Below, piece by piece: positions 50,194 to 60,425 of a DNA stretch of 64,000 nt. Each line of letters opens with the position of its first letter. Positions within the stretch are counted from its first letter, which is position 1. Source of the stretch: Promethearchaeota archaeon (GTDB lineage Archaea > Asgardarchaeota > Lokiarchaeia > Sigyniarchaeales > SOKP01). The position numbers were made by a program, and so were the translations under genes. The notes under the pieces are model-generated. The model ran no database searches, was not told the origin of the DNA, and was given only the letters and a program-made list of their open reading frames with translations. The stretch is taken from NCBI GenBank assembly GCA_016839555.1, contig JAEOUA010000012.1, positions 128,001 to 192,000 on the forward strand, in the 5' to 3' direction.

Positions 50194-50328
50194 GGCCCGG
50201 AGCGGGAATCTCGGATAAAGGGAAATCCTTAGATCTATCGAACCCGCGCCTAAGAATCACTGCCTATAAGGATTGAAAAACCCATACAGATCACAGTCCC
50301 CAATACTAACCACTATACTATCCGGGCC
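50194..50328 (-). tRNA. tRNA-His(GUG) with two introns (37/38 at 50258-50290; 59/60 at 50208-50236) and encoded G-1
   Basis: Acceptor GCCCGGA/TCCGGGC, C73 discriminator, D-loop AGTGGTTA, anticodon GTG at 50292-50294, T-arm GCGGG-TTCGATT-CCCGC; both introns fold into bulge-helix-bulge motifs. Confidence 0.9.
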
Positions 50329-50463
50329 ATACCTACTTTTATATTAATGAATAATTTATAACATAAAATTTTAATGAATTGGTTTAAAAAATTATTAAAA
50401 TTGAGCTAGATTACCATCAATAGTAATAATTAATTAAAAATAATAAAAAATAGTGACAGATCA

Positions 50464-51510
50464 ATGAGAATAATCGATCTAAGATCTGATACTTTTACAA
50501 AACCAAATGATAAAATGTGGAAACAGTTAAGGTCTTTAGATAATTCAAATATTGGAGATGATGTCTTTGGGGAAGATCCCACAGTTAATGCATTGGAAGA
50601 GAAAGCAGCGAAGGTAATAGGTAAAGAAGCCGCATTATATGTTACTTCTGGCACTCAAGGTAATCTTGTTTCTCTATTATCGCATACTAATCGAGGTGAT
50701 ACAATTTTGGTTGAAGAATTAAGTCATATCTATCAAAATGAGTTAAGTGGTGCGACTCAAATTGCGGGATTAGAAGTTAAAACATATTCATCTAATAAGG
50801 GAGTTCCTAATTTCGAGGAACTTTCAGATTTAATCGAAAATGATAAAAAAAGGGATTCCTCTATAAAAGTTATTTGTTCAGAAAACACACATAATTATCA
50901 TGGAGGAGCAATTATAAGACCTAATGTCCTAAAAGATCTTCATAAATTTGTCGAAAAATATGAATTGAAATTACATTTAGATGGAGCAAGAATATTTAAC
51001 GCGGCTGTCGGTCTTAATATCCCAGTAACTAAATTTTCAAAAGAAGTTGATAGTGTTATGTTTTGCTTATCAAAAGGACTTTCTTGTCCTGTTGGATCCT
51101 TAGTAGCAGGCTCAAAAAATTTTATTTCTAAAGCGAGGAAATACAGAAAAATGGTTGGAGGGGGAATGAGGCAAGCAGGAATCATTGCGTCATTTGGTTT
51201 GGTTGCGTTGGAGATAAATTGGATACAGAGATTAGAAGAGGATCATAAAAATGCAAAATTATTGGCTAAAGGACTTAAAAATTTAAATCTTCCTATAGAA
51301 GTGAATAACCCAGAAACAAATATTGTGATAATTTCTATACCAAAAGAAATCAGAATTGGAAAAATAGTAAGAAAGCTAAGTGATGCAGGAATCTTAGCTT
51401 TCAATATTGATAAACAAAGAATTAGATTTGTTACTCATTTTGGGATATATAAAGACGATATTGAATATGCTTTAGAAAAAATGGAAATGCTCTTACCAGA
51501 TCTCTTTTAA
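50464..51510 (+). CDS. ltaE: Low-specificity L-threonine aldolase
   Basis: DLRSDT, GDDVFGEDPTV, SGTQGNL, ENTHN, HLDGARIFNA, CLSKGL, GGGMRQAG. Confidence 0.93.
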   Translation: MRIIDLRSDTFTKPNDKMWKQLRSLDNSNIGDDVFGEDPTVNALEEKAAKVIGKEAALYVTSGTQGNLVSLLSHTNRGDTILVEELSHIYQNELSGATQIAGLEVKTYSSNKGVPNFEELSDLIENDKKRDSSIKVICSENTHNYHGGAIIRPNVLKDLHKFVEKYELKLHLDGARIFNAAVGLNIPVTKFSKEVDSVMFCLSKGLSCPVGSLVAGSKNFISKARKYRKMVGGGMRQAGIIASFGLVALEINWIQRLEEDHKNAKLLAKGLKNLNLPIEVNNPETNIVIISIPKEIRIGKIVRKLSDAGILAFNIDKQRIRFVTHFGIYKDDIEYALEKMEMLLPDLF

Positions 51511-51563
51511 TTCTCTTCTTATCAAAATTCCGTGATTCTTATCATTAGATTAAATTTATATTC

Positions 51564-51839
51564 TTAAATTATCTCCATATTTTCTAATACAAATTGTTTT
51601 CCATAAGCTCCTTGGCTAATAGCACCATTATTATCGATTTGAGGATCTTGAATCAACTTTATTTTTTTTAAATGTCCCTTTATAGTTATTTCCGTATCTA
51701 ATAACTTATCTGACCATTCTAACAAACCCTTGATATATATAACCTTATTATCTTCAGTTATTAATACAGCCCAGCCTTTAGCATTTTTAGCCATTCCTTT
51801 TAAAACAACATGCTGACCCAATAAATTATTTAAATCCAT
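51564..51839 (-). CDS. Small hypothetical protein (possible OB-like beta fold)
   Basis: 91 aa, beta-rich; GTGA SD-like element upstream. Confidence 0.6.
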   Translation of the reverse strand: MDLNNLLGQHVVLKGMAKNAKGWAVLITEDNKVIYIKGLLEWSDKLLDTEITIKGHLKKIKLIQDPQIDNNGAISQGAYGKQFVLENMEII

Positions 51840-51917
51840 TAATTATTTCACTTTATTAGTTTTTTATTTTCTTAATTTTCACCAAAATATTAGAAAAACC
51901 TTTGTCTAAAATGTTTA

Positions 51918-52487
51918 TTAGCTATTTGATTTCACGGTTTTGATTATATAATCCAAACATTTTGAAATTGCCTCATCTAAATTACCTGAGTTATTAATTT
52001 GAATATCTGCTTCAGGAAATTTTTGATGGGTTTTGGCTCTGTTAATTCTTTCCTCCAAATGTTTACCTTTTTCTCTTCCCCTCTCTCTTAATCGTTTTAT
52101 TGTTATCTCAATGGGAACCGAAATAAAAATGACTTTTAGATTTTTATATTTTTTTCTTGCATCCTTTACAATTGTTCTGCTTACATTGATTAGCACTGGA
52201 TGTCCTTTTTTTAAGAAAATATCAATATTAATGGGAATACCGTAGTCTAATCCATAAATATGCCATTTTAATGCAAATTTTCCCTTCCTTTCTAACTTTT
52301 TAAACTCTTCGGGACTCACAGATATGCTATTTTCAGTATCAGAGGCTTCTCTTGTAATATATCTATGAGGACTATCTATCTCTTTTAAATTTTGCGGGTA
52401 ATTGGCTATAACACCAGTAATAATTGAATCTTTTCCAGCTCCTGAATTTCCTATAATCAGAAAGAGTGTTCCGGGATAATTTTTTAT
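51918..52487 (-). CDS. phnN: Ribose 1,5-bisphosphate phosphokinase / guanylate-kinase-like protein
   Basis: Frame extends upstream of the track ORF to give TLFLIIGNSGAGKDSII..HRYITR; also FALKWHIYGLDYGIP, NVSR, RLRERGRE; apparent ATA start at 52487. Confidence 0.82.
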   Translation of the reverse strand: MKNYPGTLFLIIGNSGAGKDSIITGVIANYPQNLKEIDSPHRYITREASDTENSISVSPEEFKKLERKGKFALKWHIYGLDYGIPINIDIFLKKGHPVLINVSRTIVKDARKKYKNLKVIFISVPIEITIKRLRERGREKGKHLEERINRAKTHQKFPEADIQINNSGNLDEAISKCLDYIIKTVKSNS

Positions 52488-52639
52488 TTTTTATCACTTT
52501 ATAGAATAAATTATCGAAAATAATGCTTATTAAAAGTTAAAATAAAATTAATTTCTTACTTACTATAAATGTATTTAAAAATCTAAATTATTATTTAAAT
52601 CTAAAATATATTATTTTTATAGAGGAAGAGAAAAATAAT

Positions 52640-53038
52640 ATGAAGCTCTCAGATATACCTGAATCATATCAATCTTATCTTGATGAGATTTATACAATAG
52701 CTATCAAAAAAAAAGGAGGGTGGGTCACTAATAAGGAAATAGCAGAAAGTTTGAATGTTGAACCAGCAAGCGTTTCAGGTATGTTAGAAAAATTAAAGGA
52801 ACAAGGATTGATTCAATGGGAACCGAGAAAAGCTATACGAATGACTAAGAAAGGAAAAGAATTAGCGAAAGAATTAACTGAGATTCATAAATTATTAAAT
52901 ATATTCTTTGAAAAAGTCTTAAAGCTCGAAAATAAAGAGACTATAAATAAACTCTCGTGTGAAATTGAACATCATATTTCTTCCAAGGTAAAGAATTCCC
53001 TAAAACAGTTTTTGAATCAGTATTTAGATCAAAAATAA
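52640..53038 (+). CDS. DtxR/MntR-family metal-dependent transcriptional regulator
   Basis: YLDEIY, EIAESLNVEPASVSGMLEKL, HKLL..F, CEIEHHIS. Confidence 0.9.
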   Translation: MKLSDIPESYQSYLDEIYTIAIKKKGGWVTNKEIAESLNVEPASVSGMLEKLKEQGLIQWEPRKAIRMTKKGKELAKELTEIHKLLNIFFEKVLKLENKETINKLSCEIEHHISSKVKNSLKQFLNQYLDQK

Positions 53039-53247
53039 CCTTATGGAATCAATTAGTTTTAACCATGAATTCTGAATGATATTATGACATCTAATATATA
53101 TTAAGGCGATAAAATAAAGGGCTTTTAACTCGATACTCTATTTTAAAGATATAATAATATAATCCATTTAATTTTTATAGTTAAATTAATTAATTCAATC
53201 ACCTTTAGATTTTGATTCTAAACTAAAAGATAGATTTAAAAATAAAA

Positions 53248-54006
53248 ATGATGCAAGAATTCAAAAAAAAAATAGCTATTGCTCGCAAAAATTTTGAAAA
53301 CTTTAAAAATTATATTGAATTAGAAAATTTCCGAGATTTTTTATTATTTGTGTTAAATAGCCAAGTATCTTCAAATATTTTACAACAACTAGGAATCGGA
53401 GGAGGGAAAGATGTTATAAATTTACCATATAACCCTTTATTTAAAATATATTATCAAAAAATTAATTTGATTTCTGCCGGATCATTGATTATTTATGTAA
53501 AGAGTGAGCCTATATCAGATGAATTTATTCTTGATAAAGATGATCCGATTTTCAAAGAATACCTACGACAAAATGAGAGGGAATTGGCATTTCGGGGTAA
53601 AGAAAAGTTTTTAACTCCAAAAATTACTGATTGTACATTCCTTACTGAAATAGATACTAATCCTATCACCTTAAAATTTGATGATCTTTATTATGATTTG
53701 AAAAGTTTTATGGCGGTCGCAGAACCAAATATTTTATTTGTTCGGGATGCTCCCTCTGAATCTGAACCAGATCTGATATTTGCTTTCAATCTTATGCCAG
53801 AAATACCAGGAAAATCGGATGAGAAGGTTCTGAAGTTAGATATCTTATTTGATTCTGAGCACAAAACAAGAAACATTAAATATATTAAACGAGAAGAGGA
53901 TTATGAATTGAAGTATTTAGAAAATCTCACTAGTATAAGTCATTCCGATATTTTTAAGTCAGCCTTCTCATTAATACTTCACATTAAGTCGTTTGAAAAA
54001 CCTTAA
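53248..54006 (+). CDS. Hypothetical protein
   Basis: 252-aa ORF; no motif recognised. Confidence 0.7.
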   Translation: MMQEFKKKIAIARKNFENFKNYIELENFRDFLLFVLNSQVSSNILQQLGIGGGKDVINLPYNPLFKIYYQKINLISAGSLIIYVKSEPISDEFILDKDDPIFKEYLRQNERELAFRGKEKFLTPKITDCTFLTEIDTNPITLKFDDLYYDLKSFMAVAEPNILFVRDAPSESEPDLIFAFNLMPEIPGKSDEKVLKLDILFDSEHKTRNIKYIKREEDYELKYLENLTSISHSDIFKSAFSLILHIKSFEKP

Positions 54007-54240
54007 ATTCAAGAAAGAGCTATTTATTCACTCTTAATTTCTATTGCCTTCTTAAATTGAATATTTTCTTAATATATATTAGTTTATCCACTTGATCCAA
54101 AAATTCTCTCTCCAAATTATTTTAAAATCCTCTAATTAAGCAGTTAATAAATCAAGGGATTAATATTCTCTATTTATAAGCAATCCGACAAATTATGTTA
54201 AGTATAATTATTAAAAATAAATTAAGGTAGTAAAAGTAAA

Positions 54241-54441
54241 ATGAAAATAATTACAATTAATTTACCAGAAAAATATTTAGAAGCGATACAAATTTTAAAT
54301 GATCTTAATATCTATCCTTCTCGAAGCGATGCCATTCGAAATGCTCTTCATAATTTTTTATCAGATGAATTAAAAATGTTTGAAGATTTGGATAAAGAAA
54401 GTTTTGAAATGCTTATTAAACATAATCATGAAAAGAAGTAA
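54241..54441 (+). CDS. Ribbon-helix-helix (CopG-like) regulator
   Basis: MKIITINLPEKYLEAI..YPSRSDAIRNAL. Confidence 0.87.
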   Translation: MKIITINLPEKYLEAIQILNDLNIYPSRSDAIRNALHNFLSDELKMFEDLDKESFEMLIKHNHEKK

Positions 54442-54669
54442 TGATTATTCTTCTTATTTTTTCCTTTTTTTAAAATCATAGCAATTATTTCGGTTATATT
54501 TTAATCTTAATCTCTAATATAAATGCTCTTTGCTTGAAAAAGGGATATATTATGCAATAAGATAAAAGTTCAAAAATATGAAAAATAACATTAATTCTAA
54601 AAATTACAAAAAGAAAGAAATAAATGGAAAAAAAAACAATATAAACTTTTTAATTTTTAGTATTAATTA

Positions 54670-55764
54670 TTATGCTAAAGTTATTTCTTTATTTAGATAC
54701 ACATCTTGGACGGCACGAATGATTTTTAAACCTTGCTCCATCGGCCGCTGAAAAGATTTTCTTCCCATAATTAATCCCCATCCTCCAGCGCGTTTATTGA
54801 TAATAGCTGCTTTTACTGCTTCTTGTATATCATTTTCTCCAGAAGGACCACCAGAATTAATAAGGCCTACTCTCCCCATATAACAATTAGCGACTTGGAA
54901 TCTATTCCATTCTAACATTTTACACGCTTCGGACAAACCTTCTGTGGGTGCTAACTTTTCATACACAAGCTTATTTGTCTTACCAAAACCTAATTCCAGA
55001 AAACCTCTATTTTTAGTAGATATCTTTTGTTTTATAATATCCGCTTCAATAGTAGCTCCTAAGTGATCTGCTTGGGAGCACATATCATTTGAATCATGAT
55101 AATCCACTCCATCCTTTATAAATTCATCAGGATTTCTAAGATATGCCCATAATACGGCAACCATACCTAGATCATGAGCATAATCAAATGCATCACTGAT
55201 TTCCTTAATTTGACGACGAGATTCCTGAGAACCAAAATAAATTGTAGCCCCTACCGCAACAGCCCCCATTTTATAAGCTTGATCAACGTTTGCAAATAAG
55301 GTTTGGTCGTAAAAATTAGGCTTTGAAAGTAATTCGTTATGATTTATTTTAAGAATAAATGGAATTTTTCTCGCATATCGACGAGAAAGAGATCCTAACA
55401 CTCCTAAAGTTGATGCAACACCACTACAGCCTCCTTTTATTGCTAATTCGATAATTTTTTTAGGATCCATATAGATAGGATTTGGGGCAAAGTCAGCTCC
55501 CGCCCCATGTTCTACTCCGTGATCCACTGGTAAGATGGATAGATATCCAGTATTTGCTAACCTCCCCGATTCAAATAGTCGTTGCATGTTGTTTAAAACT
55601 CTATTATTTCTATCAGATTGTTCTACTATGCGTTCAATAAAATCTGGACCAGGAGGATACAAATTTTCTTTAGGGATTCCTCTGCATGTATAGTTTAAAA
55701 AATCGTCTGCTTCATTTCCTAAAATTTGTCGGATTTCATTTAATGATTGCGACATATTTATCAT
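54670..55764 (-). CDS. fbaB: Class I fructose-bisphosphate aldolase (FbaB/DhnA long type)
   Basis: GYLSILPVDHGVEH, KINHNELL, GATIYFGS, ADIIKQK, NSGG, GRKSFQRP. Confidence 0.9.
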   Translation of the reverse strand: MINMSQSLNEIRQILGNEADDFLNYTCRGIPKENLYPPGPDFIERIVEQSDRNNRVLNNMQRLFESGRLANTGYLSILPVDHGVEHGAGADFAPNPIYMDPKKIIELAIKGGCSGVASTLGVLGSLSRRYARKIPFILKINHNELLSKPNFYDQTLFANVDQAYKMGAVAVGATIYFGSQESRRQIKEISDAFDYAHDLGMVAVLWAYLRNPDEFIKDGVDYHDSNDMCSQADHLGATIEADIIKQKISTKNRGFLELGFGKTNKLVYEKLAPTEGLSEACKMLEWNRFQVANCYMGRVGLINSGGPSGENDIQEAVKAAIINKRAGGWGLIMGRKSFQRPMEQGLKIIRAVQDVYLNKEITLA

Positions 55765-55917
55765 TTACAATTAAAATTTCTTAACTTTTTAATTTTTCAT
55801 TAAAAAAATAAAAAATATATTTATATGGAAATCAAGTTGTATAAAATCATTATTAAAATAAAATTTTTATTTTTAAAAATTATAAGATTGATAAAGAATT
55901 AAGAAGTTGCGAAAAAT

Positions 55918-56958
55918 TTGAAAGTCGCGAGATATTTCAGTAATGATGATGTGAGAGTTGATGAGATTCCAAAACCTTCTATCAATGCTGATGAATTTTT
56001 AGTTAAGGTCAAAAAATCGGGTATCTGTGGAAGTGATATCTTGGAATATTATCGCTTTGCCAAAATGAAAAAATTAGGGGTTGATTCCTTGATATTAGGG
56101 CATGAAATTGCAGGAGATATTGTTGAAATAGGTGAAAATATTAAGAACTATCAAAAAGGGGATAAAGTATTTGTATCTCATCATGTCCCTTGCTTTGAAT
56201 GTCATTATTGCAAAGAAGATCATCATACAGCTTGTCATCTTTTACATAATACAAATTTTGATCCTGGTGGATTTTCTGAATATATAAGGATTCCCCATAT
56301 TAATATCGAAAAGAAAGGAGTATATGTCTTAGATAAGGAAGTAAGCTATGAAGAGGGAGTATTTATTGAGCCTTTGGGATGTGTCTGCAGAGCTCAAAGA
56401 CTAGCCGATATACATGAAGGACAAACAATCTTAATTTTAGGAAGTGGCGTCTCGGGGTTATTGCATCTTAAATTAGCAAAAGCCAAAGGTGTTCAGAAAA
56501 TTATCACAACGGATATTAGTGGATATCGAATGAACAAGGCTAAAGAAATGGGGGCATCATTTGTTTTAAATGCGAACGAGGATATAGCAACTAAAGTAAA
56601 AGAATTTAATGAGAATCGTGCTCCAGATATTATTATTGTATGTACAGGTGCGGTTTCAGCAGTAAAACAAGCTTTAGATTGCATTGGCCCTGGAACTATT
56701 ATAATCTTTTTTGCAGTTCCCAAACCAGGGATTAACCTTGAAATTCCTATCAATAATTATTGGAGAAATGAAGTGAAATTAATGACATCCTATGGTGCTG
56801 CTCCTCCCGATTTGGATGAATCTTATGAATGGATAAAATCGAAAAAAATCGAAGTGACAGACCTCATAACTCATCGATTTCCCTTAGATAATATAGCAGA
56901 AGCTTTTAACATTGTTTGTCAAGCAGATGAGTCCCTAAAAGTCATAATTGAACCCTAA
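55918..56958 (+). CDS. Zinc-dependent (polyol/threonine-type) dehydrogenase
   Basis: GICGSD, GHEIAG, CFECHYC..C, EPLGC, GSGVSG. Confidence 0.9.
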   Translation: MKVARYFSNDDVRVDEIPKPSINADEFLVKVKKSGICGSDILEYYRFAKMKKLGVDSLILGHEIAGDIVEIGENIKNYQKGDKVFVSHHVPCFECHYCKEDHHTACHLLHNTNFDPGGFSEYIRIPHINIEKKGVYVLDKEVSYEEGVFIEPLGCVCRAQRLADIHEGQTILILGSGVSGLLHLKLAKAKGVQKIITTDISGYRMNKAKEMGASFVLNANEDIATKVKEFNENRAPDIIIVCTGAVSAVKQALDCIGPGTIIIFFAVPKPGINLEIPINNYWRNEVKLMTSYGAAPPDLDESYEWIKSKKIEVTDLITHRFPLDNIAEAFNIVCQADESLKVIIEP

Positions 56959-57051
56959 GACGGAACTTATTTTATTCAATTTTCCGTAAAAAAAAATTAT
57001 GAACTAGTTAAAATACATAAAATTGGAAAAAATAAAAAATTATAGAAAAAA

Positions 57052-57834
57052 TTATAGCCCTTTCGGTCCTTGCTTATAAATTTCGTATGCCTCATCAACA
57101 GAAGCATTATTATGCACTATCTCTCTCACTGCTTTAATCATTCCAATAGGACTATCGCTTAGAAAAATGTTTCTTCCCATATCCACGCCAACGGCTCCTT
57201 CATTTATTGCATTCTTTGCCATTTGTAGAGCATCTCGCTCAGGAATCTTTTTACCGCCCGCAATGACGACTGGTATAGGAGTGACTCGTATCACTTCTTC
57301 GAAATTTTCACAATAATACGTCTTAACAAAATGCGTCCCCATTTCAGCCGCTAATCGACTCGCCATACCTAAATATCGAGCATCTCTCGCCATTTCCCTT
57401 CCCACCGCAGTAACAGCTAATACTGGAATTCCGTATTGTTCTCCAAAATTAATCAGTTTCGATAAGTTCATAATGGTCTGTTTTTCATATTCACTTCCAA
57501 CAAATATAGAACATGTTATTGCTGATACATTTAAACGTATAGCGTCATCAATCGCGACATTTATCTCTTCGTTTGAGAGCTCTTTTAGCATGCTTGCTCC
57601 CGCAGAAACACGTAATACTATTGGTTTATCAATTTCTGCAGAAACACAGCTCCTTAACATACCTCTTGTCAGCATTAACGCATCAGCATATTCAAATAAG
57701 GGCTTCAAATCATCAAAACATTTTAATGTTCCGGGAATATTCCCAAAATATCCATGATCCATCGCTAACATTACACAATGACCAGTTTTAGGACTTATAA
57801 TTCGAGAAAGTCTATTCTGCATACCCCATTGCAT
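57052..57834 (-). CDS. lsrF: LsrF-like thiolase/aldolase (DhnA family)
   Basis: MQWGMQNRLSRI, MLAMDHGYF, AVTAVGREMARDARY, VKTYY, VIAGGKK, GVDMGRNIF. Confidence 0.87.
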   Translation of the reverse strand: MQWGMQNRLSRIISPKTGHCVMLAMDHGYFGNIPGTLKCFDDLKPLFEYADALMLTRGMLRSCVSAEIDKPIVLRVSAGASMLKELSNEEINVAIDDAIRLNVSAITCSIFVGSEYEKQTIMNLSKLINFGEQYGIPVLAVTAVGREMARDARYLGMASRLAAEMGTHFVKTYYCENFEEVIRVTPIPVVIAGGKKIPERDALQMAKNAINEGAVGVDMGRNIFLSDSPIGMIKAVREIVHNNASVDEAYEIYKQGPKGL

Positions 57835-58039
57835 ATTTATCACTTTTTTACTTAATATAATTCATTTGTTTTATTAATATGCTATAAAATTATTCAAATG
57901 TTTTATATTTTAAGTTTAAGATTTTTTGGGTTAAGAGTTCATCTTTTTTAAAATTATCTAGATTAGATAAAGAATAAAAAAAGAGTAAATTAAACAAAAA
58001 AATTAATTAAATAAAACAAAATAAAAAAAAGAATTTAAA

Positions 58040-60040
58040 TTAGTAGGTTAATTGAGCCTTGCTGGGATGATATTCGCCTTGGCCAGTAATGGTATATGTG
58101 ATTTCAATATCTTGTTCAGGTTCTAACAACTCAATCTCCCATTTCAAGGTATCTTCTCCATACTCATCAATTATTTCTGGTTTTATTGAAAATTCACCGT
58201 ATTTGAAGTTATCCGGAACTTTATCTATGATAGTAAAGTTTTGAATTTCATTCTCCTTTGCATCGCCGAGGTTTGTAACGAAGAGTATAATTTTATATTT
58301 CCCTTCTGCTTTCATAGGAATAATTTCTTTTCCAACTCTGAACTTACGACGAACATGTACAATGGAAATAATGGGAATTTCCTCCGGAACTGGCACGGCT
58401 TCTAATTCTTCCCCTAAAGGATAGGTATTGGCATTATAAATGACATCCGCTTCAAATTCTCCTTCTCTAGGCTGGATAGCATGAATAGGATATCGTAATT
58501 CTACCTTAGAATCAGCTTCTATCATTCCTATTGATGTATTTCTCAAGTTGAATTTACTAACTTGAATCATATCTTTGGTTACTCGAATATCTCCTCGATC
58601 TAAGTCAACAGGCTCTCCATCAACAAGTAATTCCATCCGCTCAAAATCTTCCGGATCATCGGGATTGGGTGGACTAAAATCAGGATAATCTGAAAATCCT
58701 CTCTGAGTTAATTTGATCTCATCTAAAGGTGCAGAGCCATTGTTTTCAAGCGTTAAGATTGCAATAACATCATTATCTTCATAAGAAGGTAGTGTATTTT
58801 CAGGGAACCTTTTTGCAACCTCTTCTGGAAATTCATATGTTAATATACCTGTTATACTGGCTAGTACTAATTGTTCTTCTGCGAGAGAAGTTTCACCCAC
58901 CACTTCTGCCTCAAACTCTGGCAGTATTCGAAAGCTTAATTCTCTTCTAAATGCCGGATAATCCTCACTTTCATATTCCCACATTGGAGATCTCCACATC
59001 GCATTTGGAGGTAATAAGAGAGGATAGTCTGGGTCAATAGTAATATAACTTTTATCGGGATTTTCTGGGGCATATACATTCGCATCATAGAATTCAATAT
59101 CAAATTCTGAAGGATTTTCAAATACTAATTCGCATTCCCACATATCAGGCTCTTCGTCCCTTTCTACTAAATCCATATAATGCTTATTAGTTGTATAACC
59201 TTCAAATGTTTCAATTTCTAATCCTCCGGTGAATGAGGAAGCACCATTATAGCTTACTTTAATTGTTCCAGTGCTAACCGCATCCTTTGTTTGGACTGTA
59301 ATATCTGCCTTTATCTTTAAAACCGCTAATCTCTCTGGTTCTAATTCTTCTATAGTCCATTCAACTTCATCACCTTCAACCTCAGCATATCCTTCTGAAG
59401 AATCTGTAATTTTAATATTTTCGAATTCAGATGGAACACTTTTAATTACTTTTAGGTTTGTTATAGGTTTTTCAAATAAATTATAAACACTAATGGCAAA
59501 TGTAACAGTATTTAGTTGTCCAATACCTATTCCAAATGATTCTAGACTCTTTTCCTCACCACGTCTCTCACTTTCAGGTTCTTTTAAAGTTAATATATTA
59601 TCTTCAATATTCCTATATCTTAAAATTTCATCAGCATTCGAAAGAGTATTTATATATTCTTTAATTAAAAGGAGATTTTGAACTTTTTCTGCTAATTTAA
59701 ATTCCTCAGTATAAGTATTATTATCCTCCTCAGTACCCAATTCTTTTATTTCAATTTCTGGAGACTTTAAATTAGTTGCTCCAACATTTTCGAATTTTAA
59801 GACAATATCCCATAATCGATTATTAGTACTAGGATTTATTACTTCTAATTGACCAGAGAAATTAATGTCTTCTATGTTTCCATAATGATCTTGCTCTACA
59901 TTAACGCTTTCAGCTAATTTAATTATAGCACTTAATCCTTTTCTTCGTTCATCGGGATAGATAATCTCTCCAGTAGTAACTCTACGAGGTTTTTTTTCTT
60001 CTTTTTTCTTTTCTTTTTCGCCAGCACCAAATAATGGCAT
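58040..60040 (-). CDS. Acidic beta-sandwich protein with adaptor mu-homology-domain-like segments
   Basis: IIKLAESVNVEQDHYGNIEDINFSGQL; ITNLKVIKSVP..EGDEVEWTIEEL; IIDKVP..LKWEIELL; no signal peptide. Confidence 0.6.
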   Translation of the reverse strand: MPLFGAGEKEKKKEEKKPRRVTTGEIIYPDERRKGLSAIIKLAESVNVEQDHYGNIEDINFSGQLEVINPSTNNRLWDIVLKFENVGATNLKSPEIEIKELGTEEDNNTYTEEFKLAEKVQNLLLIKEYINTLSNADEILRYRNIEDNILTLKEPESERRGEEKSLESFGIGIGQLNTVTFAISVYNLFEKPITNLKVIKSVPSEFENIKITDSSEGYAEVEGDEVEWTIEELEPERLAVLKIKADITVQTKDAVSTGTIKVSYNGASSFTGGLEIETFEGYTTNKHYMDLVERDEEPDMWECELVFENPSEFDIEFYDANVYAPENPDKSYITIDPDYPLLLPPNAMWRSPMWEYESEDYPAFRRELSFRILPEFEAEVVGETSLAEEQLVLASITGILTYEFPEEVAKRFPENTLPSYEDNDVIAILTLENNGSAPLDEIKLTQRGFSDYPDFSPPNPDDPEDFERMELLVDGEPVDLDRGDIRVTKDMIQVSKFNLRNTSIGMIEADSKVELRYPIHAIQPREGEFEADVIYNANTYPLGEELEAVPVPEEIPIISIVHVRRKFRVGKEIIPMKAEGKYKIILFVTNLGDAKENEIQNFTIIDKVPDNFKYGEFSIKPEIIDEYGEDTLKWEIELLEPEQDIEITYTITGQGEYHPSKAQLTY

Positions 60041-60425
60041 TTTTTATCACTTTTTATAAGTTTTTTTAGACTTAATTTTTTTTTAAAAAATTAATTGATT
60101 TTTATTAAAGAGTTATTTTAAATATTAAGATTTAAAAATATAAATCTTTTATGTTGATCTGAAAATAACTAGTTTTATGATTTCTTCCTTTAAAAAATAA
60201 AATTAATATATAGCTTTCTTAAAATCCATACAATCTGGTTCACTTCCTCTTAAAACCTAGGTTTATGTGGCCTTAGGGCATCGAATAGAAGTTATCATGC
60301 TTAATTTTAATTACGGAAGGAAAAAAAAGTCTAATGAAGTAAAGATCTATCTTCATTCAACGAAATAAAACAAAAAAGGTTGATTCCGCTATACTTAATA
60401 ATAGAAAGACCCAATTGTTGGGGAT

